Shown here: positions 47,046 to 57,279 of the stretch, piece by piece
Position numbering within the stretch: position 1 is the stretch's first letter
Layout of the letters: each line of letters opens with the position of its first letter
The notes under the pieces: model-generated
What the model was told of the DNA's origin: nothing
Database searches by the model: none
The model's input: only the letters and a program-made list of their open reading frames with translations
Translations under genes and position numbers: made by a program
NCBI GenBank assembly: GCA_000708835.1
Contig: DF237011.1
Span: 188,764-252,763 of the forward strand
Length of the DNA: 64,000 bases
Reading direction: 5' to 3'
Source: Klebsormidium nitens
Lineage: Eukaryota; Plantae; Klebsormidiophyceae

Positions 47046-48778
47046 CTCACCCTAAACGGACAATTAGGGCAACAGTTTTGTGTCATGTAACTTTCTCAAC
47101 AAGCTGTCTGATTAGAAGCCGACAAATTTCTAAAGGAGGGGTGCTTGGGCGCCAATCCACTGTGAGGCAATAAATCAACGGAGCCTAAGCAACGGCGGCG
47201 GCTAATCAACTAATCAACGGCGGCCAAGTACTCAACAACTAGGCAACGGTCGAAGAGTCGAACACAAATGTCTTTGTGTACGACAATGCACTCAGCGGCG
47301 CCGGCTGGTCACTCTACCGGCATCAGTATGCCAAAAGCTTCTCTGAATACAGTGGCCTCTTCGAGCAAAAACACTGGAGGTGGGGGGGCAAGAATCCGTT
47401 GGAGTCAAAAACCTAAAAACGTGAGAAGCGTAACACCCCAGAAACCCTAAACCCTTTAGAGGCTGGGGGGCACGAAACCGTTGGTCTTGCAGCGAGGGAA
47501 AAGGTTGTCCGGCTCGTAGAAGCCAGCACAGCCGTCATTGTCGCAGCAGACGTAACGTCCTTGGGGGTCGTTGTTGTACCAGCAGCGGTTCGGGAAGTCT
47601 GACGCTGCTCCTAGGCCGCACACTCCTGCGAGAAGACACTCGACGTCAGCATGACATCAGTAAGCTCAGGTTTGAAACGACCTGCAACGGAGGTCGTGAA
47701 GTCGGAAGGTCAAACGGGCTTCGGAATCCCTTGCGAAAAGCGGATTCACACGTTTTGTAGTCCCTTCGGGCGCAAGTATTGGGAAACTAACCGGACGCCA
47801 AAGCGGATGCGATTTTTTAGTACCGCAAACAAATATGCCGAAGGGCTCTTGCAGCTTCAAGACTGTAGAAGCAATTTCCGAGGGAGTCAAAACACGTTAT
47901 TGGTGCCCTTAGAAGCGGGTTCGGTTTCGAGATTCGTGAATAGGCGCGATTAGGCAAGGGGCCAACGCACTTCTATGCTGAGCAGCTCTTTCGGCATAGC
48001 CAGCATCCTCGGCAGAGTTATTGCTGATTCACATTTGGGACGGGGCAGAGCGCTTCATACGCAAGAAACAAACCCATGCCTAACCCTCATCGAGCATGCA
48101 TCATTCACCCGGCTTTAACCATGATCCAAACCAGCTACCCTTTTCTTTATTGATCACCTAGCTGGCACGGGAGGCCAAGCGGATAAAGAAAGGACGTGAC
48201 CCATACCGGACTCGTTTTAACCCAAAGCTTCGTCTTTTTTAACCTTACACTACCCCAGTTTCCAACTTACCTTGCGGTCCACTGGCGGATGCGACGGGCG
48301 CGGGAGGCGGCATGCTACCGGACATGTTGGGCACATAACCAAAGTTCTTGCAGTGCGGGGTTAGGTTATCGGCGTTGAAACCGTCGCAGCCCTGGTTATC
48401 GCAGCAGACGTAGCGGCCCTGGGGGTCGTTGTTGAACCAACAACGGGTGGGGAAAGGCTCAGCGCCCGGCATTCCGCAAACGCCTGAGGAAATGGGGTTT
48501 CGATTAGACGGCCGAGTTCGAAGTTTCATACGGGCTTTGTGATTTCAAGACGTTCTTTGATCGTAGCTGTTAAAGGCACTGCCATACTCAAAAGAGACCC
48601 GCAAAATCTTTTCGAGTGCAAAAATAAAAGATTCTGGGGTTGAGAACACACCGTCTGGTGGAGCGCTATCTGGGTGAGGACATGAGATAATTCGAAGTTC
48701 GTTGAGCAGAGTGTCGGGCTATCAACGACATAACAAGTTAAAGAAAAACGTCATAACCAGGCCAACACAGGAAGGTTT

Positions 48779-48920
48779 GGCTGCTAACCAGGTTCGAAAA
48801 CCACACTTCAGTCTGGTTCTTTGACCAAGAACCGCGTTGTAGCCATGTTAAAAGTTGGTACTGTTCGAGTTTGGTCATTGGACAGTTAACCAGCTTCGTT
48901 ACCGAGTGTGGTTAACCGCC
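48779..48920 (+). repeat. ~150-bp dispersed repeat, copy 4 (more diverged), flanked by a ~43-bp direct repeat
   Basis: ggctgctaaccagg..ttggacagttaacc. The flanks ctatcaacgacataacaagt(t/c)aaagaaa..cgtcataaccaggc lie at 48719-48762 and 48933-48975. Confidence 0.65.
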
Positions 48921-51517
48921 AAAAACCCTGTGCTATCAACGACATAACAAGTCAAAGAAAGCGTCATAACCAGGCTAACGTAAACCTTACCCTGGTCACC
49001 CGTAGGAGGCGGGGGTGTCGTAGGAGGCGAAGGCGCCCCTCCGCTTGCGCCGAAGTTTGGAGGATAGTATCCACGGTTCTTGCAGTTGGGGGTGAGGTTG
49101 TCGGCAATGAATCCGTTGCAGCCTAGGTAGTCACAGCAGACGTATCGGCCCTGGAGGTAAGAGGAAAAAGAAGTCTTCGAACACTCTTCGAAGCGCTTGA
49201 TTGGGATCCGTACGGCTTGACGTGCTCTGTGTCATAAATTTTGAGCGGGGAGCCCCGCCTCTCCCAAGAGGGGCAGCATACGTATTCGCTCGACTTGAGC
49301 GTGAGAAGTTAAGCGCAGTGATTCACCCCTTGTTTAGAAGCTAACTAAAGCTACAGAGAATTTGAACTATGTAGTCCAACAAATGAGGCGAAAAGCCCCG
49401 GCCCACATAGGTTTGGCTTTGTTGCAAAAATGGAAAGCTCGCATGGTTTTGCTGGGTTACCTGGTTCTAAAGGACGAGAAAGCCTACATGGGTTGGCGGG
49501 ACACGGTAAACCGTAACCCACTAAAAAGCCCACTTACCTGGGGGTCGTTATTAAAGTAGCACCTCTGAGGGAAAGGGAGCCGCGTCCCCTAGGCCACAGA
49601 CGCCTTGGTCCAAGTAAGGGCCTTGTATACAAGCAAAGCCGGGTTAGAACCGTTATCATGGCTGGTTGAGGGTATCTCGATCAGATTGAGAACAGAGTCC
49701 GTCTGTTGAGAGGGCCCCTAGCTGACCACAAAGTCGTAGTTGGGGCCGGATAATAATAAGTACTTTCTAACAAATGTGATGGTCTTTCTCTTGACTCGTT
49801 CTTAAGATTGCTACGCCAGTCCAGATGTCAACGTGAAAATTCCCTCGGGCCAATCAAAGCTGGCAGCTCCACAACTGATCAAACTATTCCGGGCGCTCTG
49901 CGAGAGCTGCCGTCACACTCCGGCAACAATCAGCCGCATAGCATTCAAGGGCAGAGAAGATAGCTGTGCAGCGACTCATACAACATTGCGACCACAGCGG
50001 ATTGCATGGAACATCAAAGTCAAAGAAATAAGGCGGATTGACTGAAAATCTTGTACCGGACGGCGGAAAGTTGCCGAAGGGAATGGGAGGGCGACTCGAC
50101 GTCGATGTGGGCGGCGGGGTTGCCGTCCAGGGCGTCGGTTGGGGAGCTGGATTTCTGCAAAGAAACGGAGCTACAATTTCAGTAACCCATGTTGGTTAAA
50201 CGATCTTGGTCTAGTATCTTTCGACCAGAGAAAAAGCGCTTTTCCGAATTTCGTCTTGATCGGTATATCTTGATCAAGACGAGGCTGAAAAGACGAACGG
50301 GTTGTAAGCTGCACAAGCTCCTTGAGTAAACCGGTCAAAGGATTGTTTTTTTTTGCGCAAAATGCGGCCCCTGACTCAGTTGGACCTGATTTTGACCGGA
50401 TCCGCTGGTGTCTCCGAGTGGACTCTCACACCGATTGCTTTAATCTGGATTTTGTAAGGGGATTTTAAGAGAATGACACCATATAACCAAGACGGTGAAG
50501 TGAGGATGCCGAAGTAGCGACGTCTGTTTTGTGTCCGGTGACGGGGTCCAGGAGGGTTCTGTATCCCGGTTAAGCAAACAACCGAGGTTGGAAAAAAGGA
50601 GCATCGGATTCATCTTAAACGTGAGCGATCGAGAACCTAGTCTAGCCTCATCTTGCTGATACGAAAACAAGTCGATTAAAAGTTGCCAGTCGACTTAGAG
50701 GAAGGTTTTGCTGGCGCGTTGAGCAAATCTCATCCTTCATGTAGTCTAATTATTTTTGTACATAAAACTTTAAGCATTCACAGACTCAAACGGCTATCGA
50801 ACTTACGGCAGCTCGCAAGTGGTCCCCTGGACGTTGCTGGGGCAGGTACATTTGAAGGCACCCAAGACACCGTTGAAGTCTGCGACCGCCTGACACGTGC
50901 CTCCGTTCTTGCAGGGGTTGGGGTTGCACCGATCGGTTCCTGCGCGCCAAGAAGAAATTCTGTTCGGAAAACTGTAAAAGCCCCCAAGTAAGAGTACTTC
51001 TTTTGGCATCAATCCATTTGTTTCAATGTCAGGGAAGAGACCGTCTTTTCAAGGCAGCAAACCTCTTCTCAAAATGAGAATACAATCTTGTCTTCGGTGA
51101 AAGACAATTTCCTTGGAATGGAGGTTTCACTTGGACTTGTACTTGCGCGCAGCCTTCACCTCGCAAAACCTGCCCATTGATTACTCTGTGGGAAGATGTA
51201 CACTCTTGGCAACAGATGTGTCGAGGCCTGGTTAAGGGCTCTTGTAATCTATATGAACATTGGGTGAGACCTAGTGAATGCCATGCCCTCATAACCAGAA
51301 TGACAAGAGAAGAAACTCAGTCTCCTTTCTCAGGAAGCCTTGCTTTGAACCCCGTTCGAGCATCAGGGCCTAATCACCAATTAGCCAAGCCTCAGCAAAA
51401 GGGCACCTTCATCTTTACTACTCATTGTGACTCAGCTCCATTATGGACAGAAGCCTTACAGCAGAGTCTGACGATGCATGCATGACTTCATACCCAGCCT
51501 TATGGTAATTCTGAACA

Positions 51518-51670
51518 GAAAGACTAACGAAGAAACTGCATTCTGGAGAAGATGGCAGATCAGCCAGAGACACAGAAAGACTTCAAACCTGGCAGCGAAA
51601 GACTGACGAAGAAACTGCATTCTGGAGAAGATGGCAGATCAGCCAGAGACACAGAAAGGCTTCAAACCTG
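51518..51670. repeat. 79-bp tandem duplication in intron 2 of D
   Basis: gaaagact(a/g)acgaagaaactgcattctggagaagatggcagatcagccagagacacagaaag(a/g)cttcaaacctg starts at 51518 and 51597. Confidence 0.9.
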
Positions 51671-52946
51671 CCATTGAGTACCTGACACGTAGGAAGGGTT
51701 CCTAGAGGGAAAGACTTCGGCCTACTTACCTGGCACGTAGCAGAAGTCTTCGTAGACGATGTGGCTGAGCACAGAAGGGGCGGCGCAGGTGCACACAGAC
51801 TCGAGGAAGGTACGCCCTGAGACGCCGGTCGTCTTGTATGTACACTGGTTAGCTGCAGGGCTACACCCGGGTTAGACCAGGGTGAGTGAAAGCCTGAAAA
51901 CATGTAACACCTTTGCAGCATTGTCCAGCACAGGGCGCGGGCTTTTTGTCGACCAAAGACTGCTACTTCTCTTTTGCCAGGCTGATTGAAGTTTGGCTCT
52001 TGGCGCGTTGTTTGTTAGCAGCATAGTGAATGTTTTGGTGAGGATCAATGTCTCTGAACAGGAGAGGCGGAGCGTCAAATGAAGTTCAAGGGACGCGAAA
52101 AGGCCTTGTACAGCAGGCCTGACTCACTGTGGCACATTGACTCTGGCTGACTTTGGCTGACCCTGGTTGACTCAGATTGATATGGACCAGATTCACAATC
52201 CACAGAAGTATCGAACACCTGAATCTACATTAGACATCACACAAGAAGCAATGCCTGCCAATAGCTCCCAGGCTCAAAACACGGTCTTCTCCAGAGAGCC
52301 TGGCTTTTTGACAAACAAGTACAGGGTTGAGATGTTCACAACCCTTTATATTGAGATGAAGCCCACAAAATGGAAGCGAGCAGGTCTTGAGGTCTAATTT
52401 CTGATAGGACAGCCAGCTTGCTACTTGATAAAAAAGGGCAAATGCATTGGGGGGCAGTTTTGACTGGGGACCATAAGCTTCAGGCCTTGCTAGATGAGAA
52501 GAACCTCAAAGGACCTGGTATTTGCCATTATGAATTGAGGAACATCTTTTTCAGGAGCAATCAGGAAAGGTTTTCAGCTGTTTGACCTTTGACAATTGGA
52601 CAAGAGAGCAGAACAGCTTCAGCGAGCTTCCACCATGACCTCCTGGAGGAACTTGGTCCCTTGCATTTGGTTGAGAGACAAGTTCTGAAGCTGATCCAAG
52701 CAGCATCTTATTTTTGTTCAAGTCACAAAACAACAGGGCCTGCATTCTCAAGCTGACTGCACAATGCAGCAATATGTCTGTCTGTCTCAACCAACTCTTT
52801 CTTTCACAGAAGACAATACATGACATTGCATGACAACAGGAGCTTACATAAATGAGCTCAGGCTGACTATAACACAATGTGACACTCTGATACGTACGTC
52901 GGCGCAATTTCATAGGACATTTGGGCCCGTAATGTTGGATGGTTAC

Positions 52947-53078
52947 GGGCTGGTTAGAAAGTGGGTGTATGTCCAATAGTGAGACTTGGGTGGTAACCAG
53001 CCTTGCAACAAGGTTGAAGCCGGGTTAATTGTCCAATAACCAGAGACTCAAGTGCAGTTATCAGCCTGGTTAGCGGCC
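52947..53078 (-). repeat. ~150-bp dispersed repeat, copy 5 (intron 1 of D)
   Basis: The reverse complement reads ggccgctaaccaggctga..gagtctctggttattggacaattaacc..aaggctggttaccacccaagtctc. Confidence 0.8.
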
Positions 53079-53809
53079 AAAGCTTCCTGTGATACCTTAC
53101 CTGCACCACAAGGACCAGGGTTCCCAAAGCACTTATCCACAGCGCACACCGGGGGCAAGCCAAGGACTTCGCTCAGGGGAATGAACCCTGGGGGGCAGGA
53201 GAAGTCCCTGTCGGCAATCTGAGAAACAGTCGCCGTGGGAAGAGAGAGGCAGGTCGCTAGGAGGAGCAGAGCTGCGGCGGGGAGCGCCATCGCGGCGGCC
53301 ATTTGCTAGCACCAGGAGCTCTGAATGGGAAGGCAATCTAAATGCTGCTCAATGAGGTGTCGTCCTGAGACGTTCTAAAAACGAGCTGCACCTGGGAATG
53401 AGCTACCTACGACAATGCGAGCTGCAAATGTAGGGGAGGACAGGAAGGACCTTCTTGCGAATTGCTGTTTGATCTGCTCTGCAAATTATGCTGCCCCTAG
53501 TCTATCCATGCCACATGGATGATGGGCCATAATGCGTGGGAATGCCGGTGATAGGTAGTCTGGACTCTGGACTCTGGGCTCTGATTCTCAAGTCAGGATG
53601 TGTGCAGTGACTGTGCACTGTGAGTGGCAGAGCCTGAGAGACACCAATTTCACTGTGAGTGGCTACACTGTGGTCGCTGAAATTGGCTGGACGCGCCCTG
53701 CATTTCCAACGTCTCTATTTGGTACCGTAGCCAATCACAAACAGGATGTCGTGTAAAAGGTTTTAACCAGGACAGGTGGACCCAGTGCTGCTGACAACTA
53801 CCGTACGTA

Positions 53810-54006
53810 CCAATTGTCCGGTTGGGCAACAATAAAATATTCTTTGACTTGCCCAAAAATCTGAATTGAAAATAAATTCCAATTAAGGATTTGCAGATCA
53901 TTTTGCCCCGTAAAAAACCAAAATAAATGCATAAATGAAGCTGCCCAAAATCCATGAGATACGAAATTAATTATTGGGCAAAAAATTGCTCAACCGGACA
54001 ATTGGT
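53810..54006. mobile_element. MITE (~197 bp), TA-flanked, Tc1/mariner-like
   Basis: Perfect inverted termini CCAATTGTCCGGTTG / CAACCGGACAATTGG, TA on both sides, AT-rich non-coding core. Confidence 0.8.
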
Positions 54007-54025
54007 ACGGTACCCGGGTCCCGTA

Positions 54026-54264
54026 CTGCCATTCCCATTCGCACCAAGCTGGTGCGAATACTAATTATTTTCGAAAGGTTTTTGTTTCGCTACCCGCTTC
54101 GACGAAGTTTCAAACTTTCGCAAAAGACCGTTTTTCTCCCAACCGAGATAGCCTGATTGCTGTCGTTTCTAAATGATTTCTTGTCTCCATTTTCGAACCT
54201 CGGTCGAAAGTTTCTTCATTGTTTTTTCGCTCGAAACCAATTTTAGTGCGCATGGGAATGGCAG
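54026..54264. mobile_element. Second MITE (~239 bp), TA-flanked, with a different TIR
   Basis: Inverted termini CTGCCATTCCCAT(T)CGCAC / GTGCG(C)ATGGGAATGGCAG, TA on both sides within ccgTA..TAcgg. Confidence 0.8.
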
Positions 54265-54285
54265 TACGGTACGGTACTAGGTAGC

Positions 54286-54513
54286 TCTCAATTTCGCGAC
54301 GTGTTGCCATGCTCGTTGCTGACTAAGGAGAGTGCCCGGAGGACGGGTAGGGTTGGTTTGGGGGTTAGGGTGGGTGCGGGTTCGGAGGATATCTCACTTC
54401 CTGGTCTAGGTTTCTAGTTTTGTTGGTTCCCCCGAGCACCATCCTTCCTACCTACTTTTTAGTACTTACTACTTAGTCAACATGCTCTTCAATAAGTCAA
54501 CATGAAATTGAGA
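54286..54513. mobile_element. Third MITE-like family (~230 bp)
   Basis: Left end tctcaatttc and right end gaaattgaga are inverted. The core gactaaggagagtgcccggaggacggg matches the copy at 62792-63000 (gactaaggaaagtacccggggaacgg), whose left end tctcaacttcatgttgact is the reverse complement of this right end. Confidence 0.65.
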
Positions 54514-54717
54514 AGTACGGTATCTGCTGCCAGCTGGTAGGCTGGTAGCGCTGACTCCTGAGTCAGCGATGCCCGTCATTCGGCGATCTTTGCAGATTCA
54601 CTCTGTTCAATGACGCTTATGTCGACATTGTGGCTAGGGTGTGACAGGCTATCTCGTCCTTCTGATGAAGCTACTAGGTAAGACTACTTCAGGCTTGCAA
54701 TGGTCTTGACTCTTGAC

Positions 54718-55283
54718 CAGTGTTAAGATTAACTTTTTCAATTGGGAGTCCCGGGACACCTTGGGGTGTGTCATTGGGCGTTTTTTGGACACCCCAGGGA
54801 TTTCAGTTGGGTGTCCCGGGTGTCCAAGCTGAGGACACCTTTCAAGGCCCATTTGGGCGTCCAGATTGCCTCGGTAGTAGGTACATGCCTGTCATCGAGT
54901 GATCACACCGATCTTAGCCCAGGTGCTGTTTACAGTAGGTAGCTCAATTAAATAGCGCTGTACCGGCTACGGTGCGTAGCTAAAGCTGCCGGGCCGTCAC
55001 CATAATACTACCGTCACTGGTTAGTGTTAAAAGCTTGATGAAGCGGAACAAGGAAATTCATCAGGCTATATCAGGAAAATACCAGATTATGAAGAGAAAT
55101 CGGCCCCCTGCTCGGTAACAAGGGACTTACTTTGGAATCTCGGTCTGGCAATTGAGTGTCCTTGAGACCCCCTGACTGGGTCAAATGGGTGTCCTTCGGA
55201 CACCCTGGCGACCCCCTTCGGGGGCTCATTTTGGCCATTGGGGGTCACTTTTACCTGAGAGGGGACACCCAATCTTAACACTG
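54718..55283. mobile_element. Non-autonomous hAT-type DNA transposon (566 bp)
   Basis: Perfect 13-bp TIR CAGTGTTAAGATT / AATCTTAACACTG and an exact 8-bp TSD CTCTTGAC (54710-54717 and 55284-55291). Many subterminal GGACACCC/GGGTGTCC motifs. Confidence 0.9.
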
Positions 55284-55548
55284 CTCTTGACATGTCACAT
55301 ACCGTACCTGATGTACCGGTATTAAAGTTAGGCTCTGCCAATCATACTGTACAGCCTGCGAGTTACCCCAGCCGCGAGTACCTACCTATATTAGCGCCGG
55401 TTAGTACCTAGCAGGTATGCATGTACTACCTATGTACTTTATGCAGAGACTTCGTGGTCGTCATCAGCCCGTCATCACGCACAGCGAGAGGGGTTCAAAT
55501 GAGCTTAGAAGTTAGTAGGCCCTGCAGACGCGAAGTTTGCGCTTTTAA

Positions 55549-56530
55549 CACTAGGACCGATAACTGTTCCCGAAAGGGAACACCGTTCCCTTTAGGGAAC
55601 ACTTAGCAAACGGGCGTTTTGACCGTCGATATTTTGGGCGGGTCGACGATATTTCTGCCACGTGGCACTTATGGGGCCTTTAGAGGTAAAACGGAACACA
55701 AATCCATGACCCACGCCAAATTTGGGTTAAGAAGCAAGGGTTAACTAGCAAAAGCATTAACCACGGCTAAAAACCCTAATTTTCAGAAAATTGCCGATAT
55801 AACTATAGAGTTAGCAATGCTAACCATCAATGGTTACCCCGGGGGACTCAAAAAGGTGTTTCCACCCGACGACCCTCAAAAAATAGATCACCAAGGTCTT
55901 TTTATGCTTCTTCCTAACCAAATGTACCCCAGTTTCCTGCGCTGTCACGCCTAGAAGTAGGCTATGTTGTCAAACCATATGAACGAGTTGAAGGCCGCTC
56001 TTAGCTTTAAAAGGGGGGTTGTATGTATGCATTGCACCCATAAGATGCTTGGTGGTTCAAACAAAGTCCTTGTGCCCTACTTTGATCTTCAAAGCTTGGA
56101 TTTTCAGCCATTTCGCTGGAAAACTGGTTTACCATAAGATATGGCTTGGTGATATTCATGCTTTTTTACCATGACTATCATGTAGATGCGTAAACTTTCT
56201 TATAAAGACCTAGTGGAAGCCCTATCATAAAGATTTTGCCATTTTTGGATGCGTAGATAGTAGTATATACACCATTTGATAAGTGTTCCCTAAAGGGAAC
56301 ACTGGGATTCTGGGCCCAGAATCTGCTGAAACCCCCATATCATTTAGGTGACGTAGGCAAGTCAAAACACCGATTCTATGAAAACCCAAGCTACTAGTAT
56401 TTAGCAATCACCTATATAGGGATAACCTAAGAAGGGTTTGAAAAAAATCCGGCAATTTCTTCAAATTTTGGCTTATTTTCGAAGAATTTAGCTGTTCCCT
56501 TTAGGGAACGGTTAGGTATCGGTCCTAGTG
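55549..56530. mobile_element. Non-autonomous CACTA(EnSpm)-like element (~982 bp)
   Basis: 14-bp TIR CACTAGGACCGATA / TATCGGTCCTAGTG. Four subterminal palindromes GTTCCC-N4-GGGAAC at 55565, 55585, 56283 and 56494. No 3-bp TSD is preserved (taa vs tcc). Confidence 0.75.
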
Positions 56531-57279
56531 TCCATTAATCCATTGAAATCTATAATACTGGTCAGTGGTAACTGTAGGGTAGGTAGTAAAGTTACTACCT
56601 AGCCTGATTAATACTAGGTGGACCGTGGTACCCGGGGCCATCGTTCTCTATAGTAGGTTTAGTGAGCTCAAGTCTAGTACTGGGACGGGTAGGGTTAGTA
56701 TGGTGGTTGGTGTGGGTGCGGGTGCGGAGCGGAATTGGGTTCAGGTTTTTAGTGTTAGCTCGTTCTTTAATATACTAAACCTTGAGCTCGAGTCGGCCCT
56801 GTTCAACAAGATCTTAATTTGTGCCAGCCCTGAAAATCTGGGCATGAGTAACTCAGGCTGATATTCATCCAGCCATGTAGGACCTAGGTAGTAGCCTAGC
56901 CCCTTGCTGGCCCCTGGCCCCGGGGGCCGGGATACTTCTCTAGAACAAGTTCAGTTGGTTTGTCGAAATAGGTTTGTCGAAAGTTCGAAACTTTGCACTT
57001 CACTCCGAGTAGCCGGTTTGCTGTCCCGACTCCCCCCTCGCTCGCCTTGCTGCCGTAGTCCGGCATAACGTCAAGTCTCTTTCAAAGTTCAAAATGGGTT
57101 ATAGAATACATTCCTTATTATGCTTGGCAACACATGCATCTGACATAATCAGGTTGAGAACAAAGACGAGAGGTGTCGAAGAAGTGGGCAGTAGAAGCAG
57201 AGACGACCGCCGCGTTGGATATCTATGGCTCGGAAAAAGTTGCAAACCTTAATAGTTCAGGAAGAGGGCGCGCGCGCGC

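Larger units (their letters stand above)
47456..53302 (-). pseudogene. Paralog D: same 8-exon architecture with a +1 frameshift in exon 5 (pseudogene, truncated isoform or assembly indel)
   Basis: Exons 53302-53101, 51852-51730, 50939-50807, 50154-50057, 49621-49538, 49150-48991, 48483-48271 and 47625-47456. Exon 5 is 84 nt where 3n+2 is needed: GCT CCC TTT CCC T CAG AGG versus GCT CCC TTC CCG CAG AGG in C, giving TAA at 49553-49551. All other exons are open. Confidence 0.8.

Noticed and set aside
20315-49621. Recurring aacaacgaccc..ggccgatacgt motif as a possible CRISPR-like array
   Set aside because: The copies are codons of the NNDPxGRYV protein repeat, kilobases apart, in a eukaryotic context with no cas genes.
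54345-54390. gggttagggt as an interstitial telomere
   Set aside because: A single degenerate unit that is part of the G-rich core of a MITE family (similar cores near 56690 and 62850).
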